From a virus (taxonomy: Duplodnaviria; Caudoviricetes), in the IMG/VR virus record IMGVR_UViG_3300031758_000509, positions 1-25,712 of that record: a stretch of DNA of 25,712 nucleotides. One strand, 5' to 3'. The position numbers and the translations under genes were made by a program. The notes below the pieces were generated by a model. That model was given only the letters and a program-made list of their open reading frames with translations. It was not told where the DNA came from and did no database searches. Below, one piece after another: positions 1-8,009 of this stretch. The stretch's first letter is position 1; each line of letters starts with the position of its first letter.

Positions 1-65
1 AGGGCTTGCGTGCGAGGGCAGGTTTCAGGATTTGGATTGAGCACAAAAATAGATCGGAGTTGACG

Positions 66-554
66 ATGGGACAGCGTGGGCCAGCACCTCAGCCGACTCG
101 GTTGAAGCTGCTGCGCGGCGAGACGCGCCCTAGCCGAGTCAACTATTCCGAGCCACTTCCGGCTCGCACGGACTTCAGCCCTCCAGCCGAACTGAACGCG
201 GAGGCCCGCCAAGTTTGGAACGAGGTGGTCGAGGCGGTCGCCCATACGGGGATGTTGACTGCCGCAGACCTGCACACGCTCCGCCTCTATTGCGAGGCAG
301 CGGTGCGCTATCGGGAGGCTGACCGGCTCTATGCCGAGACTGGCCCGCTCACGCGGGGACAGGCTGGCGAGTTGGTAAAGAATCCTTTACATCAGATCGT
401 CCGCGACAACGCGACGCTGATGCTCCAGCTCGCTGGCAAACTGGGCCTCACACCGGCTGCGAGAAGCGGCCTGACAGGAGACCTAGATGCCCAAGCGAAC
501 TCGGCGGCAGCCAAACTCGATGCCCTCATCTCGGCAGCCCGCAAAGCCAAATAG
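66..554 (+). CDS. terS: Terminase small subunit (P27-family-like)
   Basis: N-terminus MGQRGPAPQPTRLKLLRG and C-terminal KNP...LGLTPAAR are typical of P27-type small terminases. GGAG SD lies before ATG 66, preferred over the TTG at 6. Directly upstream of terL. Confidence 0.92.
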   Translation: MGQRGPAPQPTRLKLLRGETRPSRVNYSEPLPARTDFSPPAELNAEARQVWNEVVEAVAHTGMLTAADLHTLRLYCEAAVRYREADRLYAETGPLTRGQAGELVKNPLHQIVRDNATLMLQLAGKLGLTPAARSGLTGDLDAQANSAAAKLDALISAARKAK

Positions 555-1986
555 TCAGGGCAGCCAAGTCTCGGACTTCATTGAGAACTTCTGCCGACTG
601 ACCAAAGGCGACGACGCTGGCAAGCAGATCACCCTGCGCCCGTGGCAGAAACAGATCCTCAACGACCTCTACGAGCTGGACGAGAACGGGCTACGGAAAC
701 ACCGGCGCGCCCTCATCGGGCTGCCCCGTAAGAACTCCAAGTCACTTCTCGGCGCTGGCATCGCCCTCTTCGGCCTTGTCGTGGATGAAGTTGGATCAGA
801 GGTCTACGCCGTCGCCGGAGACCGCGCTCAAGGGCGTATTGTCTTCCGCGAGGCGGCTCGGATGGTGGAACTTGATCCAATCCTCTCGCAGCGCCTTCGC
901 GTGATGCGCGATGTGATTGAGATGCCGTCCACCGGCTCCGTCTTCCGCGTCCTCTCAGCCGACGCTTCCCGCGCCGAGGGTCTCAACCCAAGCACGGTGG
1001 TCTTTGACGAGGTGCACGTCCAGCCTGACGACAGGCTTTGGAACACGATGAACCTCGGTTCTGGTACGCGCAAGCAGCCGCTGATCGTGGGCATCACGAC
1101 GGCAGGCAGCCGCACGGATAGCCGTGGGCAAGACACCGTATGCTTCAAGCTCTGGCAATACGGGATGCGACTCAAGGCAGGCGAGATCGCCGACCCCTCC
1201 TTCTTCTTCCGTTGGCACGGCGCTCCTGACGGAGCCAATCACCTTGACCCGAAGGTCTGGGCCGAAGCCAACCCCGCCTTTGGCGACTTCCTCCACCCGT
1301 CTGACTTTGAGTCGGCGGTGCTGAGCATCCCTGAGGCAGAGTTCAGAACCAAGCGCCTCAACCAATGGGTCACGGCGGCGACCGGCTGGCTACCAGGCGG
1401 GGCGTGGGATCGGCTCGCAGGCGAGCGCCAGATCCAAGATGGCGAGGAGATCGTCATTGGCTTTGACGGCTCGTTCAGCGGTGACTGCACAGCGATGGTC
1501 GGCTGCACGAAGGATGGCTTTATCCAGCCGCTCGCCCTCTGGGAGCGTCCGATGGACGACCCTCATTGGCAGGTGCCAATGGACGAGGTTGAAGCCCGAA
1601 TGTACGACCTCTGCAAGAAATATCAAGTGCGCGAGATCAGCGCAGACCCCTATCGCTGGGCGAGGACCCTGCAAAAGTGGGAGACGGACGGCTTGCCCGT
1701 GGTCATCTACCCGCAGAGTCCTGCCCGAATGGTCCCAGCTTGTGCCGCCTTCTACGAGGCGGTGACGCAGGAGACCGTAAGCCACAACGGTGACGCGGCG
1801 ATGAGCCGCCACCTAGACAACTGCTCGGTCAAGATTGACCGCTTCGGCCCTCGTATCGTCAAGGAGCACCGAGGCTCCCCGCGAAAGATTGACCTCGCCG
1901 TGTGCGCGGTGATGGCGTATGATCGTGCCCGCTACCACGCACAAGCACCAGCGGCACCTAAAGCAGCGGAGTTCATCACCCTATGA
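487..1986 (+). CDS. terL: Terminase large subunit
   Basis: Q-motif LRPWQ, Walker A-like PRKNSKS, Walker B VVFDEVH, coupling motif ITTAG, nuclease motifs IGFDGS and KIDLAV. Start position uncertain (68-nt overlap with terS). Confidence 0.96.
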   Translation: MPKRTRRQPNSMPSSRQPAKPNSQGSQVSDFIENFCRLTKGDDAGKQITLRPWQKQILNDLYELDENGLRKHRRALIGLPRKNSKSLLGAGIALFGLVVDEVGSEVYAVAGDRAQGRIVFREAARMVELDPILSQRLRVMRDVIEMPSTGSVFRVLSADASRAEGLNPSTVVFDEVHVQPDDRLWNTMNLGSGTRKQPLIVGITTAGSRTDSRGQDTVCFKLWQYGMRLKAGEIADPSFFFRWHGAPDGANHLDPKVWAEANPAFGDFLHPSDFESAVLSIPEAEFRTKRLNQWVTAATGWLPGGAWDRLAGERQIQDGEEIVIGFDGSFSGDCTAMVGCTKDGFIQPLALWERPMDDPHWQVPMDEVEARMYDLCKKYQVREISADPYRWARTLQKWETDGLPVVIYPQSPARMVPACAAFYEAVTQETVSHNGDAAMSRHLDNCSVKIDRFGPRIVKEHRGSPRKIDLAVCAVMAYDRARYHAQAPAAPKAAEFITL

Positions 1987-2114
1987 AATCAACCATCCTA
2001 GAGTTGTCGGGCATTGTCCTCGTCATCGCAGGTCTCTGGCTCATTGAGCCGCTGAGCCTGATCGCTGCCGCGGGTGCCGTCCTTGTCGCTCTCGGCTATA
2101 CCTGGAGGGACTAA
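1983..2114 (+). CDS. Small hydrophobic (1-2 TM) protein, 43 aa, not in ORF track
   Basis: ATGA overlap with terL stop; stop TAA abuts the portal GTG. Translation MKSTILELSGIVLVIAGLWLIEPLSLIAAAGAVLVALGYTWRD. Confidence 0.8.
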   Translation: MKSTILELSGIVLVIAGLWLIEPLSLIAAAGAVLVALGYTWRD

Positions 2115-3572
2115 GTGAGCATCCTGCGTCGCGTCTTCACCTCATCCGAGCAGCGATCATTGACGCTGCAAAACCTCACGCCGCTCGCCTTTGACAAGGT
2201 TCCCTTCCTCGGCAACCGTGAGGTTGATCAGAAGGCGGCGCTCGGACTCACGGCAGCCTACGCCAGCGTGCGACTGCTTGCCGATGTCGTCTCATCCTTC
2301 CCTCTTGACGCCTATCGCCGCGACAACGGCATCCGACGACCGTACCGTCCAGCGGGCGCGAAGCCGTCGTGGATGCTCACGCCGATCCCTGACGAGCCGA
2401 CCTACACGATCAACCAGCTCATCAGCGAGATCGTGGTGTCTCTCTACACGGACGGCAACGCCTTCATCTACGCGCCGCGCGACGAGCGTGGTGAGGTGCT
2501 GGAGGTGCGAGCCGTTGACCCGCGCCGCGTGGAGATCTACCGCGAAGGTCGCGAGATCAAATACAAGATCCATCAGGGGCAGGGCCAGCCGACGGCGGTT
2601 TACGGGCAGGAGACCATCCTGCACATCCCGCTCATCGCGATGCCAGGCGAACTTCGCGGCATCAACCCGATCCATCAACTCCGCGTCTCCCTTGCCCTCG
2701 GCTTGACGCTTGAGGACTACGCGAGCAACTTCTTCCGCACCGGCAGCACGCCAACGGGCATCATCGAGGTGCCGACTGATCTGACCAAAGAGCAGGGCGA
2801 GCAGCTCAAGGCGGGCTGGGCACGCCATCACAGCGGGCAGAATATGCACACGCCAGGCGTGCTCACGGGCGGCGCAACCTTCAAGCCGCTCACCTTCCGA
2901 CCTGAAGACGCGCAACTCCTCGCCTCGCGACAGTTCAATGTTGAGGAGGTTGCCCGCATCTTCCGCATCCCGCCGAATCTCTTGCAGGTCACGACGCCAG
3001 GCGCGATGTCCTACAACTCGGTGGAGCAGCAGAACCTCGCCTTCGTGCAATACACCCTGCGACCGCTCGTGGAGATGATCGAGCGACCGCTCAGCACGCT
3101 GATCCTCCTGCCAGACGCCTTCGTCAAGTTCTCAATGGACTCCATCCTGCGAGGCACGACGAAGGATCGCTACGACACCTACCGCGTCGGGCTTCAAGAG
3201 GGCTGGCTCAATGTCAACGACATTCGTAAGTTTGAGGACTTCGGGCCGATTGAGTCAGGCGACTCCTACCGAATGCCTCTCAACGAAGCCGATGCCGAGA
3301 CCGCGATGCTCTCCACGAAGGTAGACATCGTAGCGAAACTCGTGCAGGCTGGCTTCTCTCCAGCCGACGCCTCACGCCTTGTCGGAATCAAAGTCGCGCA
3401 CACTGGCGCAGCGCCAGTGACCGTGCAGCAACAGAACGCAGCTGAGGATGACACCGAGAAGCGCGAGGTCATCCAGCCGATCATAAATGTCACCGTTCCG
3501 ACGCCTGAGGCGCGCACGCGCCGAGTAGAGCGCGACGAGAGCGGCAATATCACCGCAATCGTAGAGGAGTAG
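2115..3572 (+). CDS. Portal protein, HK97 family, with C-terminal extension
   Basis: Motifs AYASVRLLADVVSSFPL, GNAF, ILHI, G.NPI, FFRTGSTPTGII, EEVARIFRIPP, SYNSVEQQ, LNVNDIRKFE. Position after terL; GGAGG SD. Confidence 0.96.
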   Translation: MSILRRVFTSSEQRSLTLQNLTPLAFDKVPFLGNREVDQKAALGLTAAYASVRLLADVVSSFPLDAYRRDNGIRRPYRPAGAKPSWMLTPIPDEPTYTINQLISEIVVSLYTDGNAFIYAPRDERGEVLEVRAVDPRRVEIYREGREIKYKIHQGQGQPTAVYGQETILHIPLIAMPGELRGINPIHQLRVSLALGLTLEDYASNFFRTGSTPTGIIEVPTDLTKEQGEQLKAGWARHHSGQNMHTPGVLTGGATFKPLTFRPEDAQLLASRQFNVEEVARIFRIPPNLLQVTTPGAMSYNSVEQQNLAFVQYTLRPLVEMIERPLSTLILLPDAFVKFSMDSILRGTTKDRYDTYRVGLQEGWLNVNDIRKFEDFGPIESGDSYRMPLNEADAETAMLSTKVDIVAKLVQAGFSPADASRLVGIKVAHTGAAPVTVQQQNAAEDDTEKREVIQPIINVTVPTPEARTRRVERDESGNITAIVEE

Positions 3573-3576
3573 ACCG

Positions 3577-3930
3577 ATGGCACTGACCCCAACGACACGC
3601 AACACGATGCTCGGCACGATCACGAGCAATGTCACGCACTTCAGCCTGCACACGGCTGACCCAGGCACGGCTGGCACCGCAGAGGTCACAGGCTCCCCGT
3701 ACACGCGCGAGGCGGCATCGTGGGCAGCGGCATCAGGTGGCACCGCAGCCACAAGCGCGGAAGTTGTCTTTGATGTGCCTGGCTCTACGACGATCACGCA
3801 CATCGGCTATTGGTCGGCATCTACCGCAGGCACCTTCTACGGCAGCCGCTCACTCGATGCTTCGCAGACCTACGCCACGACGGGAACCTACACGCTCGCC
3901 AGCGGGAACATCACCGAATCCCTGACCTAA
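3577..3930 (+). CDS. Putative minor virion beta-sandwich protein (LHTADPG family, usually annotated tail-fibre-like)
   Basis: SLHTADPG..G.AEV.G..Y.R....W and ITHIGYWSASTAGTF signature; Thr/Ala/Ser-rich; GAGGAG SD. Confidence 0.7.
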   Translation: MALTPTTRNTMLGTITSNVTHFSLHTADPGTAGTAEVTGSPYTREAASWAAASGGTAATSAEVVFDVPGSTTITHIGYWSASTAGTFYGSRSLDASQTYATTGTYTLASGNITESLT

Positions 3931-3933
3931 CCA

Positions 3934-4503
3934 ATGGCGACGGGCCGTTGGCAACCAAGCGCCACGAAGGGCGCGATCTGGGACGCATACGAATGGGGAC
4001 TAGGGCCTGAGGCAGACGGGAGCGTCGCTGGCGTCACCACGAGCGCAGGATCTGCGACGGGGCGCGAGAACGATCTCGGGATCATCACCGGCATCACCAC
4101 GAGCGCGTTCAGCGTGCTCGGCGTGCTGGATATTGCAGCCTCGATCAACGGAATCACAGAGAGCACAGGCACGGCGCAGGGCACAAAGCCAGGCGCAGCT
4201 TCGCGTCCAGGCTACTACGCACAGCGACCAGTGCCAGTCTTCAAGCCGCAGGCAATCGCCTTCAAGGGCGAGGTGTTCGCCTACTCCTTCTCTCGCGGCA
4301 CCGCTCGCGGTGCTCAGGGCTTCGCGGGCCGCGCAATCAGCGCACCGCTCACGACCGAAGGTCGCGCCGCACGCTCCGCGTGGGGCTACGCAGGGCGGGT
4401 CAAGGCAGCGAGCCACACCAAAGAACTGCGGGCCAAAGGATGGGGTCGCACACACGAAGAACGCCGACACGAGGAAGATCTCCTCGTGCTCAACCTGAGG
4501 TGA
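3934..4503 (+). CDS. Hypothetical, probably virion-associated protein
   Basis: Fills the gap with phage-like codon usage. WDAYEWG motif, G/T/S/A-rich quasi-repeats, C-terminal EEDLLVL. Confidence 0.6.
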   Translation: MATGRWQPSATKGAIWDAYEWGLGPEADGSVAGVTTSAGSATGRENDLGIITGITTSAFSVLGVLDIAASINGITESTGTAQGTKPGAASRPGYYAQRPVPVFKPQAIAFKGEVFAYSFSRGTARGAQGFAGRAISAPLTTEGRAARSAWGYAGRVKAASHTKELRAKGWGRTHEERRHEEDLLVLNLR

Positions 4504-4507
4504 TCAG

Positions 4508-4777
4508 ATGACCTTCCGCGCAGAGCAATACAGCATTGGAACAGCGGCGGCGGCAATCGCCACTGCGACGGCAAAGAACATCCACGAGATCTCAATGGAA
4601 CTCGGCGCGAACAAGAACATCTGGGTTGGCGGCGCAGCCGTCACAAGCACCACAGGGTTTGAGATCGTCAAGGGCGGCCTTACGACGCTCAAGATCGGCA
4701 ACGGCGATGTGCTTTACGCCATCTCTGACTCTGCCGATACCGTGCTGGATGTGTACGACTTCCAGGTTGATCCGTAA
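4508..4777 (+). CDS. Hypothetical small beta-rich protein (possible head decoration)
   Basis: GAGGTG SD; stop overlaps the next start (TAATG). IWVGG..VT...GF and LYAIS pattern resembles small phage structural proteins. Confidence 0.65.
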   Translation: MTFRAEQYSIGTAAAAIATATAKNIHEISMELGANKNIWVGGAAVTSTTGFEIVKGGLTTLKIGNGDVLYAISDSADTVLDVYDFQVDP

Positions 4778-6666
4778 TGCCGTACTTCATCACCGATGAC
4801 AGCGCACAGTGCAGCGGCTGGGCGGTCGTCAAGCAGGACGGCGAAGTGATGGGCTGCCATACCACCAAGCAGGACGCCATCGCACAAATGGTCGCGATCT
4901 CGCAGGCTGAAGGCATTGAGCCTGGCGGCGAGCGCGCCTTGCCAGACAACTACCGTCCCGCACTCGCTCCTGATGTGCCCGAAGGCCGCGCCTGCGGCAA
5001 CTGCCACTTCTACAACGAAGATATGGTTCAGGGCGACAAGGCGTATTGCGAGAAGTGGGAAGCCTATGTCAACGGCGCGTACTATTGCAATGCGTGGCAG
5101 CCGCACGAGGAAGAGGAAGCAGGCTACGGCTACGACGACGAAGACTACGACGACGAAGACGAGGATGACTACGAGGACCGCGCCGATGCGCCCGCTCCGC
5201 CGAAAGATCAGATCACGGGCAGCGACGAGAATGAGCCAGGCTCCGCAGGAAATAAGACCGGCGACATCACGCTGACTGAAGCCACGGAGACTGCGCTTCA
5301 GAACAAGGCCGATGCCCACAACGAAGAGATGAACAAGCAGGATCGCCCGAACTGGACGCGGGTGCGCGTCGGATCGCTGCGATCCGTGTATCGCCGAGGA
5401 TCGGGCGCATACTCAGTCAGCCATCGCCCAGGCGTCAGCCGAGCGGCGTGGTCAATGGCTCGCGTCAACGCCTTCCTCTACCTCGCACGCACGGGCGCAC
5501 CAAAGAACTCTGCCTATGTCGGCGACAACGATCTGCTTCACCCAGATCATCCGCGCTATCGCAATGAGGAGCGCGCTCCGATCAACCCAGACGGCTACAA
5601 GCCGACCGAGGCAATGCAGGCAGAGGCGAGGCGCGGCCTTGATTGGCGCGCTGAGTTTGGACGCGGCGGGACCCTTGTGGGCGTGGCTCGCGCACGCGAC
5701 ATCGTGAATGGCAGCAACCTGCCGTTTGAGACGGTGGTGCGGATGCGCTCGTTCTTTGCACGACACGAAGTGGACAAGCAAGGTCAAGGATTCAATCCCG
5801 GCGAAGACGGCTATCCGTCCGCTGGCAGGATCGCGTGGGCGCTTTGGGGCGGCGACGCGGGTAAGCGGTGGGCCGACAATATCGTCGAGAACGCCGAGCG
5901 TAAGGAGAAACCGAAGATGGCAATCGAGTACCGACAGTTCCAGACGGAGATCCGCGCGGAAGGCGAGGACGGGCACACCTTCACGGGTTATGCCGCCATC
6001 TTCAACTCCGAAGCCGAAGGGCTGAGCACGCGGGAGATCATCAAGCCAGGCGCGTTCTCCAAGAGCGTAGCTGCGGCTGAGCGCGGCGAGTGGGAAGTCA
6101 AGGCGCTTCAGGATCACGATCCAAAGTACTTCCTCGGCTCAACCAAGACCGGCACGCTGGATCTTGAAGAGGATGATCGCGGCCTCAAGGTGCGCGTCTC
6201 CCTCAACCCAGAGGTGACCTTCGCCTCCGACCTCGCCGCAATGCTGCGCCGAGACGGTGCGGCGATGGGAATGTCCTTCGGCTTCTCCGTGCCGAACAAG
6301 GGCGATGCCTACGACGACAAGGGCGTGCGTGAGCTGCGGAATGTCCGCCTGCACGAAGTCAGCCTCCTGACGGGCAACCAGCCCGCCTATCCAGCCACCA
6401 TCGGCTTGGGCGCAGTCCGTTCGCTCTCTGAGCGCACCGAGATTGACCCATCAACGCTGATGCGTGCCTTTGACGCACTTCTCGCGGGAGCGCCCGATGC
6501 GGATTCAGCCGCAACGCTTGATCTCGCAATCCGCAAGATCAGTCCTGATCTGCGGCCTGAACCTGAGACTACAACGGAGCCAGAGGAAGCCGATGACCGG
6601 CTCGTACCTCTCTCTGTTCGTGAGCGCCAGTTGGCACTTGCCAAACTGGAACAGCAGATTCGCTAG
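4777..6666 (+). CDS. HK97-family prohead maturation protease fused to four N-terminal modules
   Basis: C-terminal part has FTGYAAIFN, REIIKPGAF, catalytic His (QDHD), catalytic Ser (GMSFGF) and LHEVSL..PAYPAT. Located between portal and capsid. The first 380 aa are extra modules. Confidence 0.93.
   Translation: MPYFITDDSAQCSGWAVVKQDGEVMGCHTTKQDAIAQMVAISQAEGIEPGGERALPDNYRPALAPDVPEGRACGNCHFYNEDMVQGDKAYCEKWEAYVNGAYYCNAWQPHEEEEAGYGYDDEDYDDEDEDDYEDRADAPAPPKDQITGSDENEPGSAGNKTGDITLTEATETALQNKADAHNEEMNKQDRPNWTRVRVGSLRSVYRRGSGAYSVSHRPGVSRAAWSMARVNAFLYLARTGAPKNSAYVGDNDLLHPDHPRYRNEERAPINPDGYKPTEAMQAEARRGLDWRAEFGRGGTLVGVARARDIVNGSNLPFETVVRMRSFFARHEVDKQGQGFNPGEDGYPSAGRIAWALWGGDAGKRWADNIVENAERKEKPKMAIEYRQFQTEIRAEGEDGHTFTGYAAIFNSEAEGLSTREIIKPGAFSKSVAAAERGEWEVKALQDHDPKYFLGSTKTGTLDLEEDDRGLKVRVSLNPEVTFASDLAAMLRRDGAAMGMSFGFSVPNKGDAYDDKGVRELRNVRLHEVSLLTGNQPAYPATIGLGAVRSLSERTEIDPSTLMRAFDALLAGAPDADSAATLDLAIRKISPDLRPEPETTTEPEEADDRLVPLSVRERQLALAKLEQQIR
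5897..5919 (+). promoter_or_regulatory. Internal SD plus in-frame ATG (5917) for the protease core
   Basis: AGCGTAAGGAG (5897-5907) is identical to the 11-mer before the capsid start (6739-6749). ATG follows 9 nt later, at the start of the protease domain (M381). Confidence 0.65.
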
Positions 6667-6757
6667 GGCGCAGCGCGAGGGCCTCACGGCACCACCGCTG
6701 GACGCACCACCGATGACGCAATCAACCCCAAACCAGATAGCGTAAGGAGTTAGACCA

Positions 6758-7933
6758 ATGTCTGACATCACCAAGACGCTTCACGAGCAGTACCGAAACG
6801 ACTGGGAAGAGGCTAAGTCCCTCCTCAATCGTGCGGCTGACGAGAAGCGCGAACTTTCCGCAGAGGAAGAGGCTCGTTGGACGAGCCTGAACGATTCAAT
6901 GTCTGCACGCAAGGCCAAGATGGATCAGGTTGCTGCCGCTGAAGAGCGCAGTGAGAAGATCGGCGCACTCGCAGAGCGCGCACTCAAGGTTGAGAATGCA
7001 GTCAAGGCTGACAACGATAGCGATGTCCTTCGGGCAATCGCAACCGGCGAGAAGCGACGCGCTCAGTTTGAGATCCGCGCTCTTGCATCCGCAGCCGCAA
7101 CCGTCCCAGTCACCTTCGCCGACTTCGTTGTCGTCGCGTTGACTGAGGGCAACCCGATCTACGAAGGCGCAACGAAGCTTCGCACGACCACGGGCGAGCA
7201 GATCACTCTGCCACGCGTGACGGCGAACCAGTCAGCCGCTTTCGTGACCGAAGGTTCAACGATCACCCCAGCCGATCCGACGATCTCGTCAATCACCCTC
7301 TATGCGAACAAGATCGCCAGCCTGACGCTTTTGTCGGCTGAACTTGTCCGCGATTCTGGATTTGACATCCTCGGCACAGTGGGCACCCAGGCGGGGGCCC
7401 AGATTAGTTTCGTTAGCGGTTCAGCGATGACCATCGGCACCGGCACGGTTCTGCCACAGGGCTTCGTCTCTGCGGCAACGGGCTTGAGCACCGCAACAAA
7501 GGCAGGCACCGTCTCGGCGACCTTCTTTGATGCGCTTGACCTTGCAACCGTCCTTTACTCGCTCAATCCTTCGTATCGCAACACCAACACTGTTTGGCAC
7601 GCGGCTACGACGGCAGTGAGCAAGCTCCGCAAGTTGCAGGATCTCAACGGGCAGTTTGTCTTCCAGCCGTCAATGGCGGCTGGTCAGCCTGACACCCTGA
7701 TGGGATACCGACTCAAGGAGAATGTCCATATGGCAGCGGTGGCTTCGGCCTCCAAGTCAGTGGCCATTATCCACGAGCCTTCGTACTATGTACGAGAACT
7801 CCCGATTGAGGTTGCGTCGTCAAGCGACTACCTCTTCAACACAAACCAGATTGCGCTACGCACTCTGTATGGTGTTGACGGAAACATCCCTGACCTGAAC
7901 GCGGTCAAGGTGCTCGTCTCGGCGAACACCTGA
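6758..7933 (+). CDS. Major capsid protein, HK97 fold, with N-terminal delta (scaffold) domain
   Basis: Helical, charged first ~107 aa ending EIR|A; then VP, A.FVTEG, S.ELVRDS, LRKLQDLNGQFVFQP, DTLMGY, F.TNQIALR. TAAGGAG SD. Confidence 0.96.
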   Translation: MSDITKTLHEQYRNDWEEAKSLLNRAADEKRELSAEEEARWTSLNDSMSARKAKMDQVAAAEERSEKIGALAERALKVENAVKADNDSDVLRAIATGEKRRAQFEIRALASAAATVPVTFADFVVVALTEGNPIYEGATKLRTTTGEQITLPRVTANQSAAFVTEGSTITPADPTISSITLYANKIASLTLLSAELVRDSGFDILGTVGTQAGAQISFVSGSAMTIGTGTVLPQGFVSAATGLSTATKAGTVSATFFDALDLATVLYSLNPSYRNTNTVWHAATTAVSKLRKLQDLNGQFVFQPSMAAGQPDTLMGYRLKENVHMAAVASASKSVAIIHEPSYYVRELPIEVASSSDYLFNTNQIALRTLYGVDGNIPDLNAVKVLVSANT

Positions 7934-7954
7934 TCCTAGCGATCTAGGCTCAAC

Positions 7955-7984
7955 CCTCCCGTCGGGCTTCGGCTCGGCGGGAGG
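7955..7984 (+). terminator. 13-bp hairpin with C(UUCG)G loop after capsid gene (attenuator or mRNA-stabilising element)
   Basis: CCTCCCGTCGGGC-TTCG-GCTCGGCGGGAGG with two G-U pairs. No U-tract, so read-through is likely. A small CCTAG-CGAT-CTAGG hairpin precedes it at 7935-7948. Confidence 0.65.
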
Positions 7985-8009
7985 ACAAATAACAGGAGGA
8001 GGCAGCACC

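Noticed and set aside
1-65. cos/packaging site upstream of terS
   Set aside because: Plausible by position, but no sequence feature can be confirmed and upstream context is missing.
6-65. Longest-ORF starts given in the track (6, 9742, 19415, 22413, 22664, 23595, 24265, 24471)
   Set aside because: Downstream starts mostly have better SD or stop/start coupling and match family N-termini; 23691 is the least certain.
4777-5916. Intein or intron explaining the long protease ORF
   Set aside because: No intein splice-junction motifs or homing endonuclease motifs, and the extra sequence is N-terminal rather than inserted in the core.
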